Positions 11,860 through 22,983 of a DNA stretch of 64,000 bases are shown here, one piece after another. The stretch spans positions 57,882,127-57,946,126 of the forward strand of contig NC_068983.1 in assembly GCF_001194135.2 (NCBI RefSeq). Reading direction: 5' to 3'. Position numbers and translations under genes: made by a program. This stretch comes from Octopus bimaculoides. Taxonomy: Eukaryota. The first letter of the stretch is position 1. Each line of letters begins with the position of its first letter. The notes beneath the pieces were generated by a model. It worked only from the letters and a program-made list of their open reading frames with translations, made no database searches and was not told where the DNA came from.

Positions 11860-12210
11860 AACAACAGTTTCAAATTTTGGTACAAGGCCTGCAATTTCAG
11901 AAAGGGGTGACCTCAGTTTTCAACTGCTACTTATTTTATCAACCCAGAAAGTATGAAAGGTAAAGTCTACCTTGGTGGAGTTTGAACTCAGAACATTAAT
12001 ACATAAGCATTTACCTGGCATGCTAACAATTCTGCCATGATAATAATAATAATAATAAAATTAATGATTTCAAATTTTGCCACAAGGGCAGCAATTTTGG
12101 GGGAGAGGTGAGTCAATTACATCAACCCCAGTGTTCAACTGTTACTTATTTTATTGATCCCAAAATGATGGAAGGTAAAGTCGACTTTGGTGGAATTTGA
12201 ACTCAAGACG
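11860..12210 (-). mobile_element. SINE family B, two copies
   Basis: Reverse-complement match to the B body (ttgaactcag...aaagtcgac...cagtgttcaact). Confidence 0.7.
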
Positions 12211-12212
12211 TA

Positions 12213-12705
12213 GCCCTTGCCAGCTATTCCACTGATTCCTCCAATCCTAGCATCCCCATCAAGTCCTTAGTCCTCCTCTTATCAAACAGCCTCATCCCAC
12301 ACATTTCTCTCGCCATTGTACTCTCGGTCCTTCTCAAACTTGCCATCTTTCTCTCGCCCTCAAACGCCATGTCTCACTCCCATACAGCATCGCAGCTCTC
12401 ACACCTTTCCTTTCGTCTTCAATGAGAACCTTTTCTCATATAACAATGCTCTACATTCCCTGAACTTCACCCAGCCAGGTCTTGCTCTTGCTGTCACAGC
12501 TGCTTCATATCCACCACCTACATCCACCCGATCTCCCAAATAACAAAACCCTCTCACTGTCTCCACCTCATCACATAGTGTTTCGACTGACTTTGCCAGC
12601 CCTGCAGCTCCTTTCTCACATCTTCCACAAACAAACTCTCTTGCCAGTCTTGGGGTCACCTTTTTCATTTCCGTACATCTAACATCTAAACACCACCACA
12701 AACAC
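12213..12705 (-). pseudogene. RTE-clade LINE ORF2 fragment (Cys-rich insert + RT C-terminus)
   Basis: FVCGRCE...VETVRGFCYLGDRVDVGGGYEAAVTARARPGWVKFREC...FSLKTKGKVYRSCVRSAMLYGSETW. Confidence 0.85.
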
Positions 12706-12733
12706 TCTAGATATATATGATAATATCTTTCTG

Positions 12734-12785
<52 letters not shown>

Positions 12786-13246
12786 CTTATCAATCAATCT
12801 ATCTATTTTTAAACGTACATGCATACNNNNNNNNNNNNNNNNNNNNNNNNNNNNNNNNNNNNNNNNNNNNNNNNNNNNNNNNNNNNNNNNNNNNNNNNNN
12901 NNNNNNNNNNNNNNNNNNNNNNNNNNNNNNNNNNNNNNNNNNNNNNNNNNNNNNNNNNNNNNNNNNNNNNNNNNNNNNNNNNNNNNNNNNNNNNNNNNNN
13001 NNNNNNNNNNNNNNNNNNNNNNNNNNNNNNNNNNNNNNNNNNNNNNNNNNNNNNNNNNNNNNNNNNNNNNNNNNNNNNNNNNNNNNNNNNNNNNNNNNNN
13101 NNNNNNNNNNNNNNNNNNNNNNNNNNNNNNNNNNNNNNNNNNNNNNNNNNNNNNNNNNNNNNNNNNNNNNNNNNNNNNNNNNNNNNNNNNNNNNNNNNNN
13201 NNNNNNNNNNNNNNNNNNNNNNNNNNNNNNNNNNNNNNNNNNNNNN

Positions 13247-13290
<44 letters not shown>

Positions 13291-13300
13291 AACACACACA

Positions 13301-13512
13301 CAAGGGGTGCTGAAAAGTTGCTGACTTTGGGTAAAAGAAAATACAGGAGGATCAGTTAATAATGATTTTATTCAACATTTTCTCTTCTCAGATTCACACA
13401 CTTATTGAAGTGGTCCTTCAGTTTGCCTAAGCCCTCTAAAATAACTTGGAATGTTGGGTCTCAAACCAGGCCTTTCACGAAACCCTTAAAGACATGGACC
13501 TTTCATCACTTG
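13301..13512. mobile_element. Mariner-derived MITE
   Basis: Degenerate terminal inverted repeats gggtgctgaaaagtt.ctg.cttt / aaagacatggacctttcatcac; the minus strand resembles a mariner transposase C-terminus. Confidence 0.6.
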
Positions 13513-13939
13513 CATCTGTGTTTTTTTGTATATTCAACCCCCTGTATGCAAATTCCTTGCGCAGATGATTTAATTGATCAAACAACTGAACAGTCATCAG
13601 TGAAACTGATGGAGATCCATTTCCAGAGAATATATAATATACATACATACGCTGCATATATTTATATTCCATGTATATTTTCTTGGTGTATCTCTAATGG
13701 AATTTATATAATGTTTTCCAACACTTGATAAAATTCAATCCCAGACATCCAGAAACAATTCTTAAAAACCATTCTTGTTTCTAAATTTAGAGAGTTCTGA
13801 AAATGTTCTGCTATAACCCATTTCTTTACCTTCTTTTCCTCTTCCATGTGTTTTGCATTTCCTACCGTTTCCAAGAATATCTCTCCACTTGATCTTGTCT
13901 TTGAGATTTATATATGTATATATATATATATATATAAAA

Positions 13940-13977
<38 letters not shown>

Positions 13978-14549
13978 NNNNNNNNNNNNNNNNNNNNNNN
14001 NNNNNNNNNNNNNNNNNNNNNNNNNNNNNNNNNNNNNNNNNNNNNNNNNNNNNNNNNNNNNNNNNNNNNNNNNNNNNNNNNNNNNNNNNNNNNNNNNNNN
14101 NNNNNNNNNNNNNNNNNNNNNNNNNNNNNNNNNNNNNNNNNNNNNNNNNNNNNNNNNNNNNNNNNNNNNNNNNNNNNNNNNNNNNNNNNNNNNNNNNNNN
14201 NNNNNNNNNNNNNNNNNNNNNNNNNNNNNNNNNNNNNNNNNNNNNNNNNNNNNNNNNNNNNNNNNNNNNNNNNNNNNNNNNNNNNNNNNNNNNNNNNNNN
14301 NNNNNNNNNNNNNNNNNNNNNNNNNNNNNNNNNNNNNNNNNNNNNNNNNNNNNNNNNNNNNNNNNNNNNNNNNNNNNNNNNNNNNNNNNNNNGCAAACCT
14401 CCACCAAGGCAACACCAATGTCCTCTCAACGATTAGCCAGAGATGATTTTTAAAATGAGAATATCTGAAATAAACTCAACTGCTCTCACAAACGAGAATA
14501 CTAAAAATGAACCTGACTGCTCTTAGAAATTAAAAAAACAACAGAAAAA

Positions 14550-14735
14550 TAATCCAGAATCCTTGCCCGTTACCAGATCAATCCCAAAATCTAATCAGTT
14601 TGTGCCAGTCACGTGGCCAAACATCCCTGGAAGTTTCATCTGAACCCATTCATCAGTCCTTGAGATATCTTGTCCACAGACAAACAAACATCACTGAAAA
14701 CAATACCTCTGCCTTAGCGAAGGCAGAGGTAATAA
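14550..14735. mobile_element. Non-autonomous element ending in a perfect 12-bp hairpin (Helentron/HINE-like by inference)
   Basis: TACCTCTGCCTT-AGCG-AAGGCAGAGGTA at 14704-14731, followed by an (AAT) run. Confidence 0.4.
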
Positions 14736-14832
14736 TAAGGATTTTATTTATTTGCCACAAGGACGAAGGATGAGTGGGACAATACAGAAACAAACATAAA
14801 GTGTGAACATTTATATATAATATTGAAATGAC

Positions 14833-15130
14833 ATTCTGTTGTGTCTGGGGAGAGCCATTCTCTTTTGGTGCCTTATAATTTAACACACTCACCGGTAAAA
14901 TTTTCGCTCATTTAATTATTTATTTTTCTAAAATTTTCGTTGTGTCTTGCAACCATTCAATAGTTAAATGTATCCAGATAAAAAAAGAGAGTCAACAACT
15001 ATTGAAAAGGTTGCAAGAGGCAATGAAAATTTTAGAAAAATAAATAGGTAAATGAGTGGAAATTTTACCGGTGAGTGTGTTGAATTATAAGGCACTAAAA
15101 GAAAATGACTCTCCCCAGACACAACAGAAT
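14833..15130. mobile_element. Fold-back element, ~133-bp inverted arms with ~30-bp spacer
   Basis: attctgttgtgtctggggagag...caatagtt versus aactattga...ctctccccagacacaacagaat. Confidence 0.85.
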
Positions 15131-15324
15131 ATGCTTCAACACACGAACTCACATAAAGAATCTTGCAAACCAAATCCAAAAACGAAATGAAATGATAAAA
15201 AATAAAAAAAAGCAGCAGTTATAATGCAGAAAGAGTAAGGTTACTGTATCTAATAATAATGTTATTTCATTTGCCAAGAGTGAAAAAAAAAAAACAAAAA
15301 AACATTAGTTTTATCTCTCTTCAG

Positions 15325-15438
15325 AGTGGAAACGAAAACAATTCCAATATCTGATACATATGTTAAATTTAGCGTCAGTAGATGTTAAGATTAAATCTAT
15401 TCTTTCCATGTTATTTGAATGTTTGTCAATGGAAGAAG
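15325..15438 (+). CDS. Candidate internal exon (phase 1-1), xWKRKQFQYLIHMLNLASVDVKIKSILSMLFECLSMEE; product unknown
   Basis: Acceptor ttttatctctcttcag, donor AAG|gtaaag; only one frame is open across 114 nt; no homolog recognised. Confidence 0.4.
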
Positions 15439-15626
15439 GTAAAGCGTTTGGTGTGTAACAGTTAACATCTTGTAATTTAAAGGAAAATGGATATAAATTT
15501 CCAGAGAGCACTGGATTAGTTTGTGTGTGAGTGAACTTAGGTTAGCCATAGGATGGAAAGAAAGTTTAGCCATCACTCGCAAGTGAGTGGGATTGGGTTG
15601 CTTGGTACTGTGCTGTTTGGTCATTG

Positions 15627-16200
15627 GGTTAGGTGGTAGTAAGTTGGCTTTCCCACTACGTGGTTCCGTTTTCTGGCTTTAGTTGGATTACATGGTACTT
15701 TGGGTAAGTGTCTTCTGCTATGGCCTTGAGCTGATCAAAAACTTGTAAGTGGATTCGGTAGAGGGAAACTGATAAGAAGCTTCTTGCATATATGCATGCA
15801 TATGTGTGTGTGCGCATGTATCCAAGTGTGTGTGTATTTGTATGTGTGGGAGTGCGTGTGTGCATGTATGTGTGCATGTATGTGTGTATGTGTGTGCATG
15901 CACGTGTGTCAGTTTTTGTGTGTGCGTGCATGCCTGCATGTATGTATGTGTGTACGTGCACGTGTATGTGTGTGAATTCATGGATGCATATATGTATGCA
16001 TGTGTGTATGTGTGTGCATGCGTGCAAGTATGTGTGTATGTATGTGTGTGCATGCATGAGTACGTGTGTATGTGAGCGCACATGTGTACTTGTGTGTTTG
16101 TGTGTGCCTGCGTGCATTTGTGTTTATGTTTGTTTCCCACCACCATTTAACAGCCAGCATTGGTTTGTTTATGTTTCCATAACTTAGCAATTCAGAGAAA
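15627..16200 (+). mobile_element. SINE family A, decayed, with an expanded internal (TG)-rich microsatellite
   Basis: gtaagtgtcttctgctatggcc...ggattcggtagagggaaactga...tttgtttcccaccacc. Confidence 0.7.
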
Positions 16201-16204
16201 GAAA

Positions 16205-16592
16205 AATGTTAGGGGAGAGAGTAACTGATTACATCGACCCCAGTGGGCAACTGGTACTCACCTTATTGACCCTAAAAGAGATAAAAGGCAAAGTCTACCT
16301 CAGCACTATTTGAACAACAAAACAGAAAACCAGAAGAAATGCTTTTTGAAACATTTTGTCTGGCACACTCACAATTCTGCAGGTGTTTTTGCTCTAAATA
16401 ATGGCAAAAACGATGAAGATTTCAAAGGCGGGAAGCTGGCAGAATTATTAGTGTGCAGGGCAAAATACTTAGCAGCATTTCGTCCAACTTCACTGAGTTC
16501 AAATTCAACCTAAGCTCGACTTTGCTTTTCATCTTTTTTCTGTGTTGATAAAATAAGTACCAGTTACGTACTGGAGTGAATGTAATTGACTT
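16205..16592. mobile_element. Head-to-head pair of SINE B copies (minus 16205-16382, plus 16425-16592)
   Basis: catcgaccccagtgggcaactggtact versus ataagtaccagttacgtactggagtgaatgtaattgac. Confidence 0.75.
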
Positions 16593-16595
16593 TCT

Positions 16596-16819
16596 TTTAT
16601 TTGTTTATTCTTTTACTTGTTTCAGTCATTTGACTGTGGCCATGCTGGAGCAGTGTCATTCGTCATACAGATTGACTCCCGGGACTTATTCTTTGTAAGC
16701 CTAGCACTTATTCTACCAGTGTCTTTTGCTGAACTGCTAAGTTATGGGGATGTACACACACCAGCATCGGTTGTCAAGCGATGGTGGGGGGACAAACACA
16801 GACACACAAACATACACAT

Positions 16820-16866
<47 letters not shown>

Positions 16867-17012
16867 TACGATGGGCTTCTTTCAGTTTTCATCTACTAAA
16901 TCCACTCACAAGGCTATAGTAGAAGACACTTGTTGAAGGCACCACACAGTGAGACTGAACCCAGAACCATGTGGTTTGGAAGCAAGCTTCTTACCACACA
17001 GCCATGCCGGTG
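16596..17012 (-). mobile_element. SINE family A, near-complete
   Basis: Reverse complement of the A consensus, from the 3' tail to the head ggcatggctgtgtggtaagaagcttgcttcc. Confidence 0.85.
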
Positions 17013-17481
17013 CCTACTACACACTTCCCCAAAATTGCTGGCCTTGTGCCAAAATTTGAAACCAATAATTATTACAGATTCAACTCATGGCACAAGGCCA
17101 GCGATTTCTAAAGATGCAATAACTGTTGCAAGAGGTTGGGATATTGAAGGGTTTTTACGGTCCTGAAGGAAACTTGTACTTGGAATGTAAGCTGCAGAGA
17201 ATTTTGTTACACCTTTTGAAGTTCCAATAAATAAATCCCATGAATGAATTGTCTCACTTTTAAACTAACCACACTGGAAATTAACAAGTTAAACGAACGA
17301 TATTATGATATCAAATATTTAAACTGTATCATAGTAGAGCTACACAGCATGCATTGTATAATGTTGCATAATTTGGCCCACCTTTCAAAAGGTACTATAC
17401 ATTGTTATCCGATAATTTCAGAAATTTCTAAATCCACCTTATTTACTTTCCATTCAACTTTGAGAAATACACACACACAAG

Positions 17482-17512
<31 letters not shown>

Positions 17513-17607
17513 GCGCACCATTGCAGTCTCATTTCCAGAGGGGAATGTAATCAAAATGTCACCTAGACAATATATTTGTGCTATAATTTTAATATAATAT
17601 TTGACAG

Positions 17608-17743
17608 ATAATTAAATCTGTTGTCACCAGTTTCCATGGACCGAAGCACATGTCATCCACTTTGCAGAAGGAAATTCATTTGCAATTCTCTGGTTATTTA
17701 AGAATACCAGAATGGAAACAGAATTCATCCGTAGAGTTTACAG
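17608..17743 (+). CDS. Candidate internal exon (phase 0-1), IIKSVVTSFHGPKHMSSTLQKEIHLQFSGYLRIPEWKQNSSVEFT; product unknown
   Basis: Acceptor aatataatatttgacag, donor CAG|gtaaac; single open frame over 136 nt of unique sequence. Confidence 0.4.
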
Positions 17744-17863
17744 GTAAACATTATATATTTATACATGTATATAGTTGCTCAAATATTAGATGCCTTTACA
17801 TTTGATGATGATGATGCATATCACTACATATATAATCTAAACTTTAATATTTAATGCATGTAA

Positions 17864-18772
17864 GGTGCCGAGCTGGCAGAAACCTTAGCACGCCATGTGA
17901 AATGCTAAGCGGTATTTCGTCTGTCTTTATGTTCTGAGTTCAAATTCTGCTGAGGTCGACTTTGCCTTTCATCCTTCCAGGGTCGATACATTAAGTACCA
18001 GTTGCATACTGGGGTTGATCTAATCGACTGGTCCCCTCTCCAAAAAAATTATGGGCCTTGTGCCAGGAGTAGAAAAGATTATTTTAAGGCAGCAAGCTGG
18101 CAGAAACATTAGCACACTGGGTGAAATGCTAAGTAGTATTTCGTCTGTCTTTATATTCTGAGTTCAAATTCTGCCAAGGTCGACTCTACCTTTCATCCTT
18201 TTGGGGTCGATAAATTAAGTACCATTTGTGTACTAGGGTTGATTTAATCGACTGGTCTCCTTCCCCAAGATTCCAGGCCTTGTGCTTGGAGGAGAAAAGA
18301 ATAATTTATGCAACCGTGAGCTGGTAGAAATATTAGCAGGGCAAGTGAAATGCTTAGCAGTACTTCAACTGTCTTTACATTCTGAGTTCAAATTACACCA
18401 AGGTCGACTTTGCCTTTCATCCTTTTGGTGGCGATAAATTATATACCAGTTGCATACTGGGGTCAATCTAATTGACTGGCCCCCTCTCCCCCAAATTTCG
18501 GGCCTTGTGCCAAGAGTAAAAAGGAATATTTAATGCATGTAATGTAGCAAGCTGGCAAAATTGTAAGCATGGGGGTAAAATGCTTAGCAGCATTTTGTCT
18601 GTCTTCACCATGTTCTGAGTTCAAATTCTGCTGCGGTCGATTTTGCCTTTCCTCCTTTTGGGGGTTGATAAAATAAGTACCAGTTGAAAAATTGGGGTTC
18701 ATGTAATTGACTTGACTCCTTTTCCCTGAACTCACTGGCCTTGCCTTGTGTCAGAATTTGAAATCAATATCT
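17864..18772 (+). mobile_element. Four head-to-tail SINE B copies
   Basis: Units begin near 17864, 18086, 18312 and 18543, each with gagctggcagaa...ctgagttcaaatt...gtcgac...aagtacc...ggccttgtgc. Confidence 0.9.
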
Positions 18773-19002
18773 ACTGTAAGTGATCTCTTTTGGTACACCT
18801 GTATTGTATTTATTGAGTAGATAGAAGACCAATGCAAATGTTTGTTGAGGTGGGGTGGGGTTCAGCATCATTTCTTGAGTATCATAAATGCTATCTGTTG
18901 GTAAAAGAAATGAAGGTTAGCACATTTAAGAAAATGGCAGGAGGATGTGATGGAGGAATTGCATTTCGTTGCATACTACCAACAGATATATATATATATA
19001 TC

Positions 19003-19480
19003 ATCATCATTTAACGTCTGCCCTCCATGCTAGCATGGGTTGGATGATTTGACTGAGGACTGGCAAACCAGATGGCTATGCCAGGCTCCAATCTGATTTG
19101 GCAGAGTTTCTACAGCTGGATGCCATTCCTAACGACAACCACTCCAAGAGTGTAGTGGGTGCTTTTATGTGCCACTGGCATGAGGGCCAGTCTAGTGGTA
19201 CTGGCAACAGCCATGCTCAAATGGTGTTTTTTACGTGCCACCTGAACTGGAGTCAGTCCAGCGGCACTGGCAATGACCTCACCCGAATGTTTTGTTCACG
19301 TGCCACCGGTACAAGTGCCAGCAAGGCGACCCTGGTAACGATCACGCTCAAATGGTGCTTTTTACGTGCCACCAGCACAGAAGCCAGACAGCTGCTCTGG
19401 CAATGATCCCACTCGGATGGAGCTGTTAGCACTCCACTGGGACGGTGACCAGTCATCGAATTTGGTTCAATTTCGATTCG
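19003..19480 (-). mobile_element. SINE-like family C with (GAT)n tail and internal ~75-bp tandem units
   Basis: catcatcatttaacgtc...ccatgctagcatgggttgga...tttctacagctggatgcc; repeated gtgccac...ggcactggcaa. Confidence 0.85.
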
Positions 19481-19809
19481 ATATATATATATATATATAT
19501 TAATAAATTTCAGGTCAGTAAAATATTATTTAGAAATTTTTTTTACCACTAGCTTGTAGAAAAACCAGTCAATAGACTATATATTATTCATTATATATGC
19601 AGTGTACATTTAAACACATAAGAGATGGCCATAATCGGACATCTAAACTGCCAGAAGGAGTAGTTAAAATCCAAACCACAATTTAGGGGTAATTTCGAAA
19701 GGAAATGAAAAATAAAAACATTTACCATCTATTTCCTGGACCATGGTTTCAAGCTATCTTCAGTAAATAAAGTAATTTGCTAGGCGAAGCTCTCATCAGC
19801 AGGAAAGCC

Positions 19810-19873
19810 AAAGATTAACATATAAGCCCGAGGCAATGCAGAACATGCCTCGTGCTTATATGTTATAATCTTT
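19810..19873. ncRNA. Pre-miRNA-like hairpin (candidate)
   Basis: 25 Watson-Crick pairs, one mismatch, one 2-nt bulge, 10-nt loop, 64 nt; not repeated elsewhere in the window. Confidence 0.35.
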
Positions 19874-20323
19874 CAAATCCACCATGCAAGTGCAGTTTTT
19901 TATCAGCAGCAAATAGAAATAATGCTGATTTTCTTTCAAAATTAGCCAAAAAAATTTCTAAATAATATTTTACTACCCTGAAATTTATTAATAATAATTA
20001 TTTTGGCTAATTTTGAAAGAAAATCGGTATTATTTGCTGCTGATAAAAATATTTACTCTCACTATTCCGAGGAGTGCACCTTGTCGAACTGCCCCATCAA
20101 TGACCCTGAATTGTGCCAGAGGACCTACGTTGTATATGAGATTATCTGGGACAAATGTGGCACATCGGCAACATTCGTTAATTTCTTGAAAATGGGGTCA
20201 TAACCCTGAAATTTTGAATACAAGGTAAGTCTACGTTAATTCACATATTTGTTTTCTTGTGATTTACCTGGCATTCACTTCATATTGTTTTGGCCTTACC
20301 CACAATCCTTTATACAATATATA

Positions 20324-20456
20324 TACAGGGTGATTCAGAAGTCACCATACATAGGAAAAATTTATTTTTTTATAAGAAACATTTACATTAAAAAAAATTG
20401 TTTCTTATAAAAAAATTAATTGTTCTTATGTATGTCGACTTTTGAATCACTTTGTA
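20324..20456. mobile_element. Tc1/mariner-type MITE
   Basis: TA-CAGGGTGATTCAGAAGTCACCATACATAGGA ... TCTTATGTATGTCGACTTTTGAATCACTTTG-TA; palindromic interior. Confidence 0.8.
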
Positions 20457-20485
20457 TATGTATATATAAATATATATATATATAT

Positions 20486-20640
20486 GACAGGCTTCTTTCA
20501 GTTTCTGTCTACCAGATTCACTTACAAGGCTTTGGTAGGCTCAAGGCTATATTAGAAGACACTTGTCCAAGGTTCCATGCAGTGGGACTGAACCTAGGAC
20601 CATGTGGTTGGGAAGCAAATTTCTTACCTCACATCAGCAT
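20486..20640 (-). mobile_element. SINE family A, 5' half
   Basis: ggcttctttcagtttctgtctacc...gaagacacttgtccaaggt...ccatgtggttgggaagcaa. Confidence 0.8.
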
Positions 20641-21443
20641 CTAGTTTATATTTACAGAATTGTTTCTATTCTTATTTAAATTTTCCTCTGAATTTTCATT
20701 CACTTCAAGATGTAATTTCGTTTTACTACTCTAACAGGAAGATAAAAAAAATAAATTCTGAAATGCTGCTAGTAATCATTCATTGAACTTTCAATAAATA
20801 ATTACCTGTATCCATAATGTTTAATTACACTGAATCATTGCCTTCCATTTCCTGACACTCATGTTACTGATCGGAAACATTCCAGTCCGTAATTGAAGAC
20901 AACTTCCTGCAAGTAACTTCTCACTTGCCATTGCAAAGCCCTAATAATTAAGATGCATTACATTGAGCAAGGAGGCTTGGTTTGCATTTACACTTGCTGT
21001 AAGTATTTGCTTGTAAAATCTACATTTAAGGTGAAAACATGTTTGCAAAAGTCATCAGTAATACTATAACATGATTGCAATGTATTTTATTTTCCCTTCC
21101 TTATGTCTCTCCTCTTTTATGTTATCAATAAATCACATGACAATGTCAGAGCAACCTTTAAAACTTGTATTGATCTTACAAAATATAAATCTTACCAAAA
21201 GTTCTTCAGAAGACAGACTATTTATCTTGTATAGTTGTATATTTTTCATTTCTCCCACTTTTTACAAAACCTGTCTGCTGATATAGGAATGAACCAATCA
21301 CTTGACTTCTCCTGATTTGAGGCATTTATCAATGCGTGACCACATCAATTTATAACGTTCGTATTCTTCCCAATGGTCTTACTCCTCACCTGGCCATCCC
21401 TCATGAATGTCATCAAAACATATATCAATGTTACAGAGCTCCA

Positions 21444-21485
21444 ATCGCTTCTTGGCCATTTGGTTAAGACCGAAATATAATATTA
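21444..21485 (+). pseudogene. Decayed U2 snRNA 5' fragment (about nt 1-39)
   Basis: ATCGCTTCTTGGCCATTTGGTTAAGACCGAAATATAATAT versus U2 ATCGCTTCTCGGCCTTTTGGCTAAGATCAAGTGTAGTAT. Confidence 0.6.
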
Positions 21486-22755
21486 TTGAACTGCATCGGG
21501 CTAATCAATCTGAAGACGGTGAACTGGTAGAATTGTTTGAGTGTAAGATGACTGTCTATTCATTCTGGATCACTGGTTCCACGGTTCAAATCTTGCTGAT
21601 GTCAATTCACCTTTCATTCTTTCAAGGTTCATAAAGTGTCATTTAATTAATAAAGGCAAGATGCTTGTTCTTTGCAAAGTGCTAAAAATGCTATATAGCT
21701 TTGGATATTCATTTAATTAAGAACGTGTCTTGCATTAAGACTAAATGAACAAAAAGTTTCTTTGGTAACAGTAATTTTGTTGTTGTGAGAGACGAAGAAT
21801 GAGTGACCATCAACTGCTATGGTTTATTTATAAACAGTAATTTATGATGGCTTTTAAAAGAGATTTGATTGTGATGGCTTACAAACCAGGATGGCTTGTA
21901 ACAAAGACTTTTACCGTTATGAAATATAACAGCAAATTATGAATCCTTATGTATTTTCAATGTTTATAAAACTCACTGAAGTTAATTTAGCTGAAACAAG
22001 GAAAAATATTAAAAAATATGCAAATTAAGTTGTAATAATCATGAATGATATATGAGCTGTAACGTTGGTGATTTCTGGGGTGTTTGCTGTAGAATAATTG
22101 ATCTGTACAACTGTTATATATAGCTGTTGGTTAAAGACAGCTATCACAAGTTGGTAGTATTAACGCTTGAAGGTGACATGACTGACTCTACTGGTCACAT
22201 CACAGTCTGTGGTCAGTTTGTAGATATAAAATCAGAGATGTTGAGGCAAGACTCTGTAGAGACGCATCAGTCTGTAAAAAAGCTAGTGTTGTTAAGTGTG
22301 AGCTCTGTGGAAAAAAGTCTCATGTCTATAGAAGGCAAGACTCTGTAGAGAAGCATCGGTCTGTAGAAAAGCCAGAGCTGTTAACATTGAGCTCTGTGGA
22401 AAAGTGTCAAAGTCTATAGAGAAACATTTCTTTCATAATATTCTGCACCTAAAACGGTCAATTGTCTGCAGCAGTCCATTTCTTGTATAATCTTCACTTT
22501 AATACTACTTATTAGATTATAATAAAACTTGCATAATCTTGGCAAGAACAGAATATTAAATCATAAACATGGATGGTATGAACTTGGATTGTGAAATGCC
22601 ATCAGCAAACAAGTTTAATTCAGAAGAAAGTAGCAATTCTTTGCTCGTACTACCTAACCTCATAGAATATAGGGTACCTCTTCTGCAACAATAAATCTGG
22701 TGCTGTCCTGTACCAAGGTACCTCAACTCCTCTCCCTATGAAATTTTAGGTGGCA

Positions 22756-22978
22756 AGAGTGGCTCTGTGGTAAGTAGTTTGCTTACCAACCTCATGGTTA
22801 CGGATTCAGTCCCACTGCATGGCACCTTGGGCAAGTGTCTTCTACTATAGCCTCGAGCTGACCAAAACCTTGGATTTGGTAGACAGAAACCGAAAGAAGC
22901 CTGTCGTATATATATATGTATATGTGTGTGTGTATGTGTGTATGTCTGCACTTGTGTCCTCCCCCTAACATCGCTAGA
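22756..22978 (+). mobile_element. SINE family A, 5' half
   Basis: gagtggctctgtggtaagtagtttgcttaccaacc...ggcaccttgggcaagtgtcttctactatagcc. Confidence 0.85.
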
Positions 22979-22983
22979 CAGCT

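Noticed and set aside
17864-18772. CRISPR-like or satellite array
   Set aside because: Units are diverged ~220-bp SINE copies with no repeat-spacer structure; the DNA is eukaryotic.
19725-20224. Possible minus-strand UTR exon (20063-20205) and start exon ACCATGGTCCAGGAAATAGATG|gt; also a + strand donor caag|gtaagt at 20224
   Set aside because: No open frame reaches the + donor, and no compatible downstream exon was found for MVQEID; signals are within chance expectation.
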